DNA from: Planctomycetota bacterium
GTDB taxonomy: Bacteria; Planctomycetota; PLA2; JAEUHO01
Direction of reading: 5' to 3'
DNA length: 64,000 nt
NCBI GenBank assembly: GCA_965223505.1
Contig: CBDCWP010000039.1
Location: forward strand, 192,001 to 256,000
Under the pieces are notes generated by a model. It ran no database searches and was not told the DNA's origin. It worked only from the letters and a program-made list of their open reading frames with translations. Shown piece after piece: positions 1 to 10,112 of the stretch; within the stretch, counting starts at the first letter, position 1; every line of letters begins with the position of its first letter. A program made the position numbers and the translations under genes.

Positions 1-2
1 AG

Positions 3-785
3 CTGTTCCGCGAGAGCGGCACGTACCCGTGCAGCGTCGTGCTCGACTCCCCGGCCGGCGACCTCGCCGTGCTCAAGATCCGCGGCATCAAGCGCAAGCT
101 GCCCTACGTCTCGATCTGCCCGACGCGCAACCTGATGCTGGGGGAGACGGCCATCGCCATCGGCAACCCGAAGAGCCTGGGTGACACGATCACCGTGGGC
201 GTCGTGTCCGCGCTCGGCCGCGACGCGAAGATGACGACGGGCGTCGTGCTGCGTGACCTCGTGCAGACGGACGCGCCGATCAACACGGGAAACTCGGGCG
301 GCGCGTTGCTCAACCTCGACGGCGAGCTCATCGGCATCATCGTCTCGTTGATGCCGCGCGCGAGCTGCATTGCGTTCGCGGTGCCGGGCGACCAGGTCTC
401 CAATCTCGTTCGGCGCGCGCTGCGCGTCACGCCGCCGGCCAACCCGCTGCCGGAGGGCGCCGAGGCCGAGGCCACACCGCCGCCCGCGGTCAGCAAGGCG
501 CCGCCCAGGGTCGTGAAGACGATGCCGCTGCGGCCCGGCGACTTCGGCTTCGACATCCAGGACAACGGCGCGCAGCTGCGGATCCGGCGCGTGACCGGCG
601 GGACCGCGGCGAGCCGCGCGGGGCTGCTCGGCGGCGACGTGCTCCTGACGGTGGACGGTCTCCCGGTCGAAGACCTCAGCGATCTGCTGATGTCGTTCTC
701 GAAGGCGCGGCCCGGCCAGGAGTACTACGTGGGCGTTCGCCGCGGCACGGTCTTGCGACACGTGATCCTGATCGCGCCGAAGTAG
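3..785 (+). CDS. HtrA/DegP-like trypsin serine protease with C-terminal PDZ domain (5' truncated by window edge)
   Basis: DLAVLKI, AIGNP, QTDAPINTGNSGGAL catalytic-Ser motif, PDZ-like tail; frame open to window start. Confidence 0.9.
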   Translation: MFRESGTYPCSVVLDSPAGDLAVLKIRGIKRKLPYVSICPTRNLMLGETAIAIGNPKSLGDTITVGVVSALGRDAKMTTGVVLRDLVQTDAPINTGNSGGALLNLDGELIGIIVSLMPRASCIAFAVPGDQVSNLVRRALRVTPPANPLPEGAEAEATPPPAVSKAPPRVVKTMPLRPGDFGFDIQDNGAQLRIRRVTGGTAASRAGLLGGDVLLTVDGLPVEDLSDLLMSFSKARPGQEYYVGVRRGTVLRHVILIAPK

Positions 786-786
786 A

Positions 787-2700
787 TTGACCCGGGTGAA
801 GCGCCCGGTCGTCATCGGTTCCCTCGTCGTCGTCGCCGTTCTGGCGTACGGCTGGCTCGACGTTCGTCGAAGGGCCCGCATCGACCGCGGCCCGCGCTTC
901 CATCGCACCGACTTCACCGTCTACCAGTACGCCGCCCGGGCCCTGAAGGCCGGCGACGACCCCTACGAGGCGCGCAACCCGCGCGGCTACAAGTACGTCT
1001 ACCCGCCGCTCCTGGCCGTCCTGCTCATGCCGCTGGCCGACATCGACACGGCGAACGCCGCCTACGTCTTCTTCGTGCTCTCGGCGGCGGCGCTCGCCTG
1101 GTGCGTGTTCCTGCTCGCGCGTGTCGAGGCGCCAGACAGGCTCGGGCTCGCGGCGCCGCTGCTCGCAACGCTGTTCTTCTCTTTCGGCTTCGTCCTCCAG
1201 AGCTTTCAGCGCGGGCAGGTCACCTTGATCCTGCTCGCCCTGCAGGTCGCGGCACTCGTGTCCGTCATGCGCGCGCGGTACGTGTTTGCCGGGCTGCTGC
1301 TGGCACTCGCCATCGCGCTTCGGCTGACGCCGATCCTGCCCGCGGCCGTCGTGGGACTCGCGCTGCTCGCCGGCGCCCGTGCGATCGGCCACGGCCCGTG
1401 GCTTCGATTCGGCGGCGGCCTGTTCGTCGGGCTGGCGCTGTGCTTCCTCGTGATTCCCATCGTCGCCCTCGGCACGGAGCGCGCCAACGAGGTCAACGAG
1501 CGCTGGCTCGACGTCACGAAGTCCGTGTACGCCGGCCACGCGGGCGAGCTGGCCTCCCTCGAGCGCGACTACAAGATCAACGAGTACCGCTTCAAGAACC
1601 AGGCGCCGCGGCGCGTCCTCTCGACGTGGATGGGCTGGCTGACGGGCGCCGAGTTCGTGAAGGAGAAGCCGGCGCTGACGGCACACCAGGAGAGCGTCGT
1701 CGATGCGCTCTCGCGCGCCGTGGTGTTCGGGCTCGGCCTCGGGTTGATCTTGCTCGCCCTACGTTGCCGACCCAAGCGGAACGCGGACCTCCACACCAAC
1801 CGGTTCGCGGTCGTGTACGCGTTGGCGATCCTGCTCTCGACGTTGATGACCCGCTACACGTGGCCCACGCACTACACGATGGCGATTCCGGCGCTCGCCA
1901 TCGGGTTGGCGCACCGCCGGTTGGCGCCGTGGATCCTCTTCGTCGGCACGGTGCTGTTCTACGTTTCGCACGCGAAGCCGCTGGAGCCCCTGGGCGCCTT
2001 CGGACCGCTGATGATCGCGAACGTGTTCTTCGTCGTGGCGTTCTCGCGCAGTCGCGACGCCGAGGCGCCGGACGCGCGCATCCTCGACGCCTTTCCTCGC
2101 GACGGCCTTCGCGCCGGCACGTACCGCGCAGCCCGACTGCGGTGGGGCGGCATGCGCCGCATCGCGTCCGCGCTGCCGACCCAAGGCCGCATCGTCGATC
2201 TCGGCTGCGGCATGGGCCTGCTCGCGCACGTCCAGGCGCAGCGCGCACCGGACTGCGAGATCATCGCGGTCGATCATGACGCAAAGCGCATCGCCGCGCT
2301 GCGCGCGAGCATCACCACGCAGTCGATCGAGCCCGTGCACGCGTCGTTCGACGACGTGGATCTACCGGACTGCGACGGCATCGCGCTCATCGACGTCCTG
2401 CACTACCTCGACGAAGCGGGACAGGAAGCACTGCTCGAGCGCTGCGCCGACGCCTTGCGACCGGGTGGGGTGCTCGTCCTGCGCGACCCGAACCGCGCGG
2501 GCGGGCTGCGCTTCGCGTTCACGCGCCTGCACGAGAAGCTCGCGGTGCGGCTCGGGTTCACCCGTGCGAAGCTCGGTCGCTATCGAACGGTCGACGACTG
2601 GGCGCGCGCGCTCGAGGGGCACGGCCTGACGGCCCGGATCCACCCGCAACGCGTCCTGTCGCTCTATGCGGACCGGCTTGTCGTCGGGGCGAAGGCGTGA
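787..2700 (+). CDS. GT87/DUF2029-like membrane glycosyltransferase fused to class I SAM methyltransferase
   Basis: DFTVY..A...GDDPY, YVYPP, RGQ motifs and many TM helices; C-terminal IVDLGCGMG, DVLHYL, LRPGG. Confidence 0.75.
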   Translation: MTRVKRPVVIGSLVVVAVLAYGWLDVRRRARIDRGPRFHRTDFTVYQYAARALKAGDDPYEARNPRGYKYVYPPLLAVLLMPLADIDTANAAYVFFVLSAAALAWCVFLLARVEAPDRLGLAAPLLATLFFSFGFVLQSFQRGQVTLILLALQVAALVSVMRARYVFAGLLLALAIALRLTPILPAAVVGLALLAGARAIGHGPWLRFGGGLFVGLALCFLVIPIVALGTERANEVNERWLDVTKSVYAGHAGELASLERDYKINEYRFKNQAPRRVLSTWMGWLTGAEFVKEKPALTAHQESVVDALSRAVVFGLGLGLILLALRCRPKRNADLHTNRFAVVYALAILLSTLMTRYTWPTHYTMAIPALAIGLAHRRLAPWILFVGTVLFYVSHAKPLEPLGAFGPLMIANVFFVVAFSRSRDAEAPDARILDAFPRDGLRAGTYRAARLRWGGMRRIASALPTQGRIVDLGCGMGLLAHVQAQRAPDCEIIAVDHDAKRIAALRASITTQSIEPVHASFDDVDLPDCDGIALIDVLHYLDEAGQEALLERCADALRPGGVLVLRDPNRAGGLRFAFTRLHEKLAVRLGFTRAKLGRYRTVDDWARALEGHGLTARIHPQRVLSLYADRLVVGAKA

Positions 2701-3557
2701 GCTGCCCGCTCTGTGGGTCCGATGCCGCGCCGCGCGTCGTGATGCGCACGGAAACCCTGCCGCTCGTTCGGTGCCCCCGCTGCACGCTCGTTCGCGTGGA
2801 TCCGTTGCCGGGCGCCGAGGAAACGCTCGCGCAGTACGACGCCGACTACTACCGAAGCGGCGACCGCGGCTACGTCGACTACCTCGGCGACGAGTCCGTC
2901 TATCGCGCCGAGTTTCGCCGCCGCCTGCACACCCTGCGCACGGCCGGTGCGCGTGGACGTCTGCTCGATGTCGGCTGCGCGACGGGCGCGTGTCTCACCG
3001 AGGCGCGCGCGCTGGGGTTTCGGGCGTCGGGTCTCGAGCCGTCCGACGAGATGGCGGCCGTCGCGCGCGAGCGCTCCGGCTGTCCCGTGCAGGCGCTCTC
3101 GCTCGACCGCGCCGTCTTCGCGCGCGCGTCGTACGACGTCATCGTGATGTTCGACGTGCTCGAGCACCTGACCGATCCCGTCGCGGCGGCGACGAAGGTG
3201 CGGCGCGCGCTGCGACCGGGCGGGCTGCTCGCCGTCACCGTTCCCGACTTCGGCGGTTGGTGGGCGCGGGTGGGCGGACGCCGATGGCCGATGATCACGC
3301 CGTGGGAGCACCTCGTGTACTTCACGCGCGCGACCGTTCGCGCGACGCTTGCGACGGCGGGCTTCGAACGCATCCGCTTCCATTGCGCGCGCACGCCGAT
3401 GTCGTGGGGGAGTATGGCGCATCACGTTCCGCTGCTCCGTCGATTCGTACCCCGTTCGTTGGCTCACGAGGGCACGGGTCTGCCTTTTGGGAGTTTGTTC
3501 GTACTCGCGAACGCGCCGCGCGCTCGCGGCGGCGAAACCCGGCCGACGTCTGGGTAG
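2697..3557 (+). CDS. class I SAM-dependent methyltransferase with N-terminal zinc ribbon
   Basis: CPLC..CPRC, LLDVGCATG, FDVLEHL, LRPGG; GTGA overlap with upstream stop. Confidence 0.85.
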   Translation: MSCPLCGSDAAPRVVMRTETLPLVRCPRCTLVRVDPLPGAEETLAQYDADYYRSGDRGYVDYLGDESVYRAEFRRRLHTLRTAGARGRLLDVGCATGACLTEARALGFRASGLEPSDEMAAVARERSGCPVQALSLDRAVFARASYDVIVMFDVLEHLTDPVAAATKVRRALRPGGLLAVTVPDFGGWWARVGGRRWPMITPWEHLVYFTRATVRATLATAGFERIRFHCARTPMSWGSMAHHVPLLRRFVPRSLAHEGTGLPFGSLFVLANAPRARGGETRPTSG

Positions 3558-3591
3558 AATCCGCGGCCCGCGAACGGAGAGAGAAGCCGTC

Positions 3592-4545
3592 ATGATTCAC
3601 GTGCGCTGTCTGGTCGACGGCGAGTGCCAAATCTCCGAGGGCATCGAGGCGATCGATGCGACGAAGGACATCAAGGCCCGCTGGATCCGGGTCGTCGCGC
3701 CGACCAAGCAGGAGGAGGCGGCGCTCGCCGAGAAGCTCGGCCTTCACGAGCTGGCGATCCGGGACGCGCTGCGCGAGGGCCTGCCGCCGAAGATGCAGGA
3801 CTTCGGCAACCACATCTTCATGATCCTCAACACGCCGATGATGGGCGGCGAGTCGCGCGTGCGGAAGATCGCCCTGTTCCTCGCCAAGGACTTCGCCGTG
3901 ACGCTGCAGCGCGTCGAGATCGGCGCGCTCGACGAGATGGCGGACCGCATCGACCAGGATCCGCAGCACACGCTGCGAACGCCGTGCACGGTCGCCCACG
4001 TCGCGCTCGACCACATGATGAACGGCTTCGAGCAGATGGCCGACCGCATGAACCTCGAGATCACCCGGCTCGAGGACCGCGTGATGCGCGACGTCTCGCC
4101 CGAGGTCATGCGCGAGATCCTGCGGCTGCGGCGCCAGCTCGGCTGGCTCCAGCGCCTCACTCGCAGCCAGCGCGACGTGTGCATGTCGCTCTCGCGCGTG
4201 CCGCACCAGGTGGTGGACAAGGAGATGCTGCCGTACCTGCGGGACGTCTACGACCACGTGCTGCGCATCTACGAGATGCTGGACGCCGGCCGCGACGGCC
4301 TCACGGCCGCGCGCGACGCGCACCTCTCGGTCGTGAACAACCGGCTGAGCGAGATCATGCGCACGCTCACCATCATCGCGACGATCATGATGCCGCTCTC
4401 GCTCATGGCCGGCATCTACGGCATGAACATGAAGGGCATCCCGGGCGTGGCGAACGACATCGGGGCCTTCTGGGTCATGCTGGGGCTGATGGGCGTCGTG
4501 GCGTTCATCATGCTGCGGGCGTTCCGCAAGCGCGGCTGGTTCTAG
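3592..4545 (+). CDS. corA: CorA-family Mg2+/Co2+ transporter
   Basis: GIYGMN signature between two C-terminal TM helices; LHELAIRD, YLRDVYDH. Confidence 0.92.
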   Translation: MIHVRCLVDGECQISEGIEAIDATKDIKARWIRVVAPTKQEEAALAEKLGLHELAIRDALREGLPPKMQDFGNHIFMILNTPMMGGESRVRKIALFLAKDFAVTLQRVEIGALDEMADRIDQDPQHTLRTPCTVAHVALDHMMNGFEQMADRMNLEITRLEDRVMRDVSPEVMREILRLRRQLGWLQRLTRSQRDVCMSLSRVPHQVVDKEMLPYLRDVYDHVLRIYEMLDAGRDGLTAARDAHLSVVNNRLSEIMRTLTIIATIMMPLSLMAGIYGMNMKGIPGVANDIGAFWVMLGLMGVVAFIMLRAFRKRGWF

Positions 4546-4638
4546 CGCCGGCGGAAACCGCTGCTTCGCCGGCTCTTCCGGAGCCGGGCCCTTGGCGAAG
4601 GGGGGCGGGCGCGGCTTCGAGCGGTACCCTCTCGCCCG

Positions 4639-5121
4639 ATGCGACGTCTGTTTCCGATTCTCGTCCTGCTGGCCCTGCCGTGGCTGCTGCCGCTCATCGG
4701 CCACGCCCATGCGCGCGGCAGCCTGACCAAGGAAGGGCTGCAGGCCGCGTCCGATGACACGCTGTGGGCCACCGACGCGGTCGGGGAGTGGGTGACGTTG
4801 CAGGGCGAGGAACACGCCGGGACGTTCATCGAGGCCAACTGGCAGACCCTGCTGATCTGCTTCGGCCTGTTGATCGCGAGCGTGCTCGTCGTGCGGCTCG
4901 GTCGCAACGTCATCCGCGACGCGCTACAGCGGATGGCGGCGCGCGTGCCGCAGCTGCGCCGCGAGGCGGTGACGGTCGAGGAGGAGAACCGCGTCGAGAA
5001 GGCCGCGCAGGAGGAGAGCGAGGCGGCGCTCAAGGTCGCCGAGGAGGAAGCGCTTTCGCAGGCGTCGAAACAGGTCGAGGACCCGAAGCCCGTGCAGGAC
5101 GGCGGGGAGGGCGAGGACTGA
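4639..5121 (+). CDS. hypothetical exported/membrane protein
   Basis: signal peptide, one TM segment, acidic tail; TGATG coupling to next gene. Confidence 0.6.
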   Translation: MRRLFPILVLLALPWLLPLIGHAHARGSLTKEGLQAASDDTLWATDAVGEWVTLQGEEHAGTFIEANWQTLLICFGLLIASVLVVRLGRNVIRDALQRMAARVPQLRREAVTVEEENRVEKAAQEESEAALKVAEEEALSQASKQVEDPKPVQDGGEGED

Positions 5122-6809
5122 TGCCCGAACGCGACCTGCCCCTGCTACCCGGCATCCGGCTGCTGCGCATGCTCTGGCGCATGCTGCCGCCGGTCTTCAT
5201 CGGCGTGAACCTGATCGCGTGGGCGCACCTGCTCGACGCGTCGGAGAGCTTGAAGCGTCAGGCCCTCGTGACGTCGTTGTTCATCATCGCGTTCACCGGC
5301 GTCGCCGCCCTGGTCCGCGAGATCCTGTCACCGCACCGGCCGGGCATGCGGCTCGTGGCCATGGCCGACCATCGCGCGGAACGGCTCGCCGCGGTCGTGC
5401 GCGCGCTGGCGTTCATCTTCCTCTTCACCGAGCTGGCCATCTACCTCGTCCACGCGAACGAGTGGCACGAGGCGGTCGCGTCGGCCCTCGCGCTGTTCCG
5501 CAACACCGCGATCATCATCTTCGTCGCGTCCGCGTTGAGCCGCAGCGCTGTGTTCCGCAGCCTGCGGCCGGACTCGATCGAGAGCTACGGCGACGTCCTG
5601 CGCTCGCTCATCGTGCGGGTCGTCTACCCGATCGCGGTCCTGACGGCGCTCTTCTTCGTGTTCGCCTCGGCGCTCGACCAGTTCGACGTCGCACAGTGGT
5701 TCGCCACCCGGGTCGGCTGGACCGTCGTCATCTTGATCGTCGTGCGCGTGCTGTACCGCTACCTGCGGCTGCACATGCGCCGCGCCGTCGCCTTCATCCA
5801 CGCCGAGGAGACGGAAGCCGCCGGCGGCGAGGCGACCGAGCCTTCGCCGACGCACATCGGTGTCGAGCGCATGGCCGGGCGGGCGCTCAAGATCGCGGTG
5901 ATCATTGGAACGTTCCTGCTGTTGCTTCGGACGTGGGGGCTGACGCTCGACGGGTTGATCGGCATCTTGGAGGCGCACCAGCTTCCGGTGTTCGGCGCCA
6001 GCTACTTCCGGATCGCCAACGCCGCGGTCCAGGTCGCCACCGTTCTGATCCTCTGGTCCTTCGTCAAGGACCTGCTGATCTTCATCGTGTTCCCCAAAGC
6101 GGACACCGCCGTCGGCATCCGCTACGCGATCCTCACGATCCTGCGGTACACCGTCTTCGTCCTGGCCGCGTTCGTCGGCCTCGATGCGCTCGAGATCGAC
6201 ACGTCGGCGTTGGCGGTGTTCGCCGGTGCGTTCGGCGTCGGCCTCGCATTCGGCTTGCGCGACATCTTCGCGAACTTTTTCAGCGGCCTCATCATCCTGC
6301 TCGAGCGGCCCGTGCGCGTCGGCGATCTCGTGCAGGTCGGAAGCGTGACGGGGCGCATCGAGGCGATCCGACTCCGCGGAACCAGCATTCGCACGGGCGA
6401 GGGCACCACGATCATCATCCCGAACCAGCAGATGATCGGCGAGCGCCTCACGAACATGTCCCACGACATGAAGCGGGCGCGGCTCCAGGTGCAGGTGGGC
6501 GTCGCCTACGACGCGGACCCGGCGCTCGTCGAGCGCGTGCTCGTCAACGCGGCGCGCGACGACGGGCGCATCCTCTCGGATCCCGGCCCTTTCGTTCGCT
6601 TCACGAACTTCGGCGACTCCTCGATCGACTTCACGCTCAACGCCTACACGGCGCACGTGGACGACCGCTGGGCCATCGGCTCCGATCTTCGGCGCGCGGT
6701 GTTCGCCTCGCTCAAGCGCGCGGACATCGAGATTCCGTTCCCGCAGGTCGATCACCGGATCACGTACGACGTCCGCTTCGAAGAGGAGAAACGCGCGCGC
6801 GAGTCGTAG
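5121..6809 (+). CDS. mscS: MscS-family mechanosensitive channel
   Basis: GVGLAFGLRDIFANFFSG, ERPVRVGD, IPN, VGVAY, IEIPFPQ. Confidence 0.9.
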   Translation: MPERDLPLLPGIRLLRMLWRMLPPVFIGVNLIAWAHLLDASESLKRQALVTSLFIIAFTGVAALVREILSPHRPGMRLVAMADHRAERLAAVVRALAFIFLFTELAIYLVHANEWHEAVASALALFRNTAIIIFVASALSRSAVFRSLRPDSIESYGDVLRSLIVRVVYPIAVLTALFFVFASALDQFDVAQWFATRVGWTVVILIVVRVLYRYLRLHMRRAVAFIHAEETEAAGGEATEPSPTHIGVERMAGRALKIAVIIGTFLLLLRTWGLTLDGLIGILEAHQLPVFGASYFRIANAAVQVATVLILWSFVKDLLIFIVFPKADTAVGIRYAILTILRYTVFVLAAFVGLDALEIDTSALAVFAGAFGVGLAFGLRDIFANFFSGLIILLERPVRVGDLVQVGSVTGRIEAIRLRGTSIRTGEGTTIIIPNQQMIGERLTNMSHDMKRARLQVQVGVAYDADPALVERVLVNAARDDGRILSDPGPFVRFTNFGDSSIDFTLNAYTAHVDDRWAIGSDLRRAVFASLKRADIEIPFPQVDHRITYDVRFEEEKRARES

Positions 6810-7035
6810 CGAAGTGCCGGCCCGGACGACCCACCTACATGCGGCGACGAGCGCCGGGGTGTGGCGGCCCGAAGGCCTTCACCCGGGCCGGCGCTACGAA
6901 CATACGCCGACCACGCGAGCGATGCGAAGCGGGCGATGAGAAAGCCGCTCATACCGCGGTTTGGGGCCCTCGCCGGGCTATGTTTCACGACGCGGCTGCC
7001 GTATTCAAAGGGCTGGTTCGCGGAAGGATTCCCTC

Positions 7036-7713
7036 GTGCGCATTCTGGTGATCGAAGACGACCAGCGCCTCGCCAGCGTTCTCGAGCGCGCGCTCCAGCA
7101 AGAGGGCTGGACCGTCGAGGTCGCGCACGACGGTGAGAGCGGTGCAGAGCTTCTGCGCACCGGGAGCGGCGATGCCGCGATTCTCGATCTCGGACTTCCG
7201 GGCCGCGACGGCTTGGAGCTGCTCTCGAGCCTGCGCAACGGTGGTTCGTCGCTCCCCGTCTTGATCCTGACCGGACGCGACGCCGTCGAGTCGCGCGTGA
7301 CCGGGCTCGACGCGGGTGCCGACGACTATCTCGTCAAGCCGTTTGCGCTCGACGAGCTGCTCGCGCGCGTGCGCTCCCTGCTGCGCAGGGGCGGCGGCGC
7401 CGAGCCGGTGCTGCGGTTCGCGGATCTGGAGCTCGACCCGGCACGCGGGACGGTCATGCGCGCAGGCAAGCGGTTGACGTTGCGTCCGCGCGAGTACGGT
7501 CTGCTCGAGTACTTCATGCGCAACCCCGAGCAAGTGCTTTCGCGGGCGCGCATCTACGAGCACGTTTGGGAGGCGCGCTACGACGGGTTGAGCAATGTGA
7601 TCGAGGTGTACATTCGTTACTTGCGCAACCACTTGGAGGAGCACGGCGACCGGCTCATCCACACCGTGCGCGGGCGCGGGTACATCCTGCAGCGCGAGGA
7701 CGCGGCCCCGTGA
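7036..7713 (+). CDS. OmpR-family response regulator
   Basis: RILVIEDD, ILDLGLPG, GADDYLVKPF, HTVRGRGY. Confidence 0.93.
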   Translation: MRILVIEDDQRLASVLERALQQEGWTVEVAHDGESGAELLRTGSGDAAILDLGLPGRDGLELLSSLRNGGSSLPVLILTGRDAVESRVTGLDAGADDYLVKPFALDELLARVRSLLRRGGGAEPVLRFADLELDPARGTVMRAGKRLTLRPREYGLLEYFMRNPEQVLSRARIYEHVWEARYDGLSNVIEVYIRYLRNHLEEHGDRLIHTVRGRGYILQREDAAP

Positions 7714-9326
7714 GTCTTCGTTGGCGCTTCACGCTGATCGCGACGGTGCTGCTTGCGGCGGTGCTGGTCGCGGGCGGGCTGCTCATCGGCAATCTCGAGC
7801 GCGAGCGTGCGTACGAGGAGATCAAGACCGAGATGAGCCACCTCGCGCACGAGCACTTCCCGGGCCGCGAAGACTTGCCGCGGCCCGAGCGCGGACCCGA
7901 CGGCTGGGGCTGGACGCCGGCCGGCGACATTCCCCTCGACGATGCGGCGAGCGGCGTGGTCGCGAGCGGCGCCCGTCTTCAGATCCACTACTACATGCGC
8001 TTCTTCGACAAGATGGTCCCGGCCGCCGTCGCGTACACCGGTGAGCAGCAGATCGAGGGGCTCAGTCCCGAGGCGCCGCAGCAGGGCGCCGGTCCCGAGA
8101 CCGCGCTCGAAACCGTCGAGCACGAGGGGCGCACCTACTTTCGATGTGTCCGCTTCGTGCTGCGTCCGAAGCGCAACGACGAGCCGCGCGTCGAGCCGCC
8201 GCCGCGTACGGATCCGCGCGAAGCCGAGGAGCCCGGGGGCCGCAGGCCCGGAGACCTCGCCAGTCCACGTCCCGAAGGCCGCGACGGACGCCCGGGAGGA
8301 CGGCGCCGCCCGCGTCGAATGCCGAGCCTGCATGCGGTCGTGTACCTCGACCAGCAAGCGGCGCTACAGCCGCTCTCCGATCGTCTCGCTCAGCTGCGAC
8401 TGACCGGCTTCGGCGCCTTGGCCATCGGCGGCCTGTTGGCGTTCCTCCTGTCGGGATTCATGGTGCGTCCGATCACGCGCGCAGCCAAAGCGGCCGAGGG
8501 CATCTCCACACTCGAACAGCGCCTGCCGGACGCGAAGTCGCGGGACGAGCTCGGTCGGCTGGTGGCGGTGCTCAACAGCATGCTCGGGCGGCTCCAGGAC
8601 GGGGCCGAGCGCGAGCGCGGCTTCCTAGCGACGGCGTCTCACGAGCTGCGTCGGCCGCTCGCCGCGCTGACGGCGGAGCTCGAGCTCGCGGTCAAGCGCG
8701 AGCGCAGTCCGGAGGAGCTACAGAAGGCGATCGGGCTCTCGCTCGCCGACGCGCGTGGGATGGGACGGCTGGTGGACGACCTCCTGGATCACGCGCGGGC
8801 GCGCGCGGGCGCGCTCCACATCGAGCAAGGCGACCTCGACATCGTCGAGTGGGTCACCGAGTCCGTGTCCCGCTCGGAGCGCGTGGTCGGCAACGGCGTC
8901 TCCATCGAGGTTGCCGAGCTTCCGGACGCGCGCGTGAAGGGCGACCGGCACGCGCTCGGCCGGGTGCTCGAGAACCTGCTCGTCAACGCGGCGACGCACG
9001 GCATGCCGAACGCGCGCGTACGGGTGTCGGGCGACTTCGTCGAGAACGACGTCGTGCTGTACGTCGAGGACGACGGCCCGGGCATCCCACCGGACGACCT
9101 GCGCGTGATCTTCGAGACGTTCGCGCGCGGCGATCAGGCGCGCAGCCGTCCCGGCGCCGGCCTCGGCTTGCCGATCGCCCGCGATCTGGTCGTGGCCCAC
9201 GGCGGGTCGCTGGAGGTGGACTCGCCGATCACCGACGGACCCTCCATGCCGCACGGAACGCGTTTCACCGTGCGGCTGCCGGCCGAGCGGACTTCCAGCC
9301 CGAACGACGTCGACGAAGACGCGTAG
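7710..9326 (+). CDS. sensor histidine kinase (HAMP, HisKA, HATPase)
   Basis: ASHELRRPL H-box, ENLLVNA, DDGPG, GAGLGL; two TM helices; GTGA overlap. Confidence 0.92.
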   Translation: MSLRWRFTLIATVLLAAVLVAGGLLIGNLERERAYEEIKTEMSHLAHEHFPGREDLPRPERGPDGWGWTPAGDIPLDDAASGVVASGARLQIHYYMRFFDKMVPAAVAYTGEQQIEGLSPEAPQQGAGPETALETVEHEGRTYFRCVRFVLRPKRNDEPRVEPPPRTDPREAEEPGGRRPGDLASPRPEGRDGRPGGRRRPRRMPSLHAVVYLDQQAALQPLSDRLAQLRLTGFGALAIGGLLAFLLSGFMVRPITRAAKAAEGISTLEQRLPDAKSRDELGRLVAVLNSMLGRLQDGAERERGFLATASHELRRPLAALTAELELAVKRERSPEELQKAIGLSLADARGMGRLVDDLLDHARARAGALHIEQGDLDIVEWVTESVSRSERVVGNGVSIEVAELPDARVKGDRHALGRVLENLLVNAATHGMPNARVRVSGDFVENDVVLYVEDDGPGIPPDDLRVIFETFARGDQARSRPGAGLGLPIARDLVVAHGGSLEVDSPITDGPSMPHGTRFTVRLPAERTSSPNDVDEDA

Positions 9327-9356
9327 CCCGCGCGCGGCGGCCCGTATGCTGTCGCC

Positions 9357-10076
9357 GTGAAGATCGCCGAACAGCGCTTTCTCGTGACCGGTGCGTCGCG
9401 GGGCATCGGGCTCGCGTTGGCCGAGACGCTCGTCGACGCCGGCGCCCGCGTCGTGATCAGCGCGCGCTCCGGCAAGGAGCTGCAGCGCGCGGCCGACGCG
9501 TTGATGGAGCGAGCGTCGGAGGTGCCGTCGGCGGCCGTCGAGTCCGTGAAGGGCGACGTCGGTCTCGTGCGCGATGCCCAAGCCATGGTCGAGCGGGCGC
9601 GGCAGCGCTTCGGCGGGCTCGACGTCGTGGTCAACAACGCGGCGATCATGAACGAGCCGGCGACCATCGCCGAGACACCGGCGGAGGTCTGGGACGACGT
9701 GCTGCGTGTGAACGTCACCGGCACGGCGAACGTCATTCGAGCCGTCCTGCCGGTGATGGAGGCGCAGCACGCGGGCGTCATCGTCAACGTGAGCAGCACG
9801 TGGGGACGCACGGCCGCGGGCCGCGTGGCGCCGTACTGCGCGAGCAAGTTCGCGGTCGAAGCGTTGACGCAGAGCCTCGCTGAAGAGGTGGGCGAGGGCA
9901 TCGTCGCGGTCGCGGTCAATCCCGGCGTCATCGCGACGGAGATGCTCGCGGTGGCGTTCGAGGGCGACGTTTCGATGTATCCCGCGCCGGCGTCGTTGGC
10001 GCCGAAGTGGCTGCGCTTCTTCGACGATCTCGACGCGTCGTGGAACGGTCGGACGTTCGACCTGGCTTCGTTCTGA
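9357..10076 (+). CDS. SDR-family oxidoreductase
   Basis: TGASRGIG, NNA, YCASK. Confidence 0.92.
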   Translation: MKIAEQRFLVTGASRGIGLALAETLVDAGARVVISARSGKELQRAADALMERASEVPSAAVESVKGDVGLVRDAQAMVERARQRFGGLDVVVNNAAIMNEPATIAETPAEVWDDVLRVNVTGTANVIRAVLPVMEAQHAGVIVNVSSTWGRTAAGRVAPYCASKFAVEALTQSLAEEVGEGIVAVAVNPGVIATEMLAVAFEGDVSMYPAPASLAPKWLRFFDDLDASWNGRTFDLASF

Positions 10077-10112
10077 CTACCGCGCCGAGAGCGCGTGCGT
10101 CATACTCCGCGC

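Noticed and set aside
1101..9883. Long Arg/Pro/Ala-rich overlapping ORFs (e.g. 1101-2279, 5219-7051, 8144-9883)
   Set aside because: Off-frame or antisense shadows typical of high-GC DNA, overlapping well-supported genes
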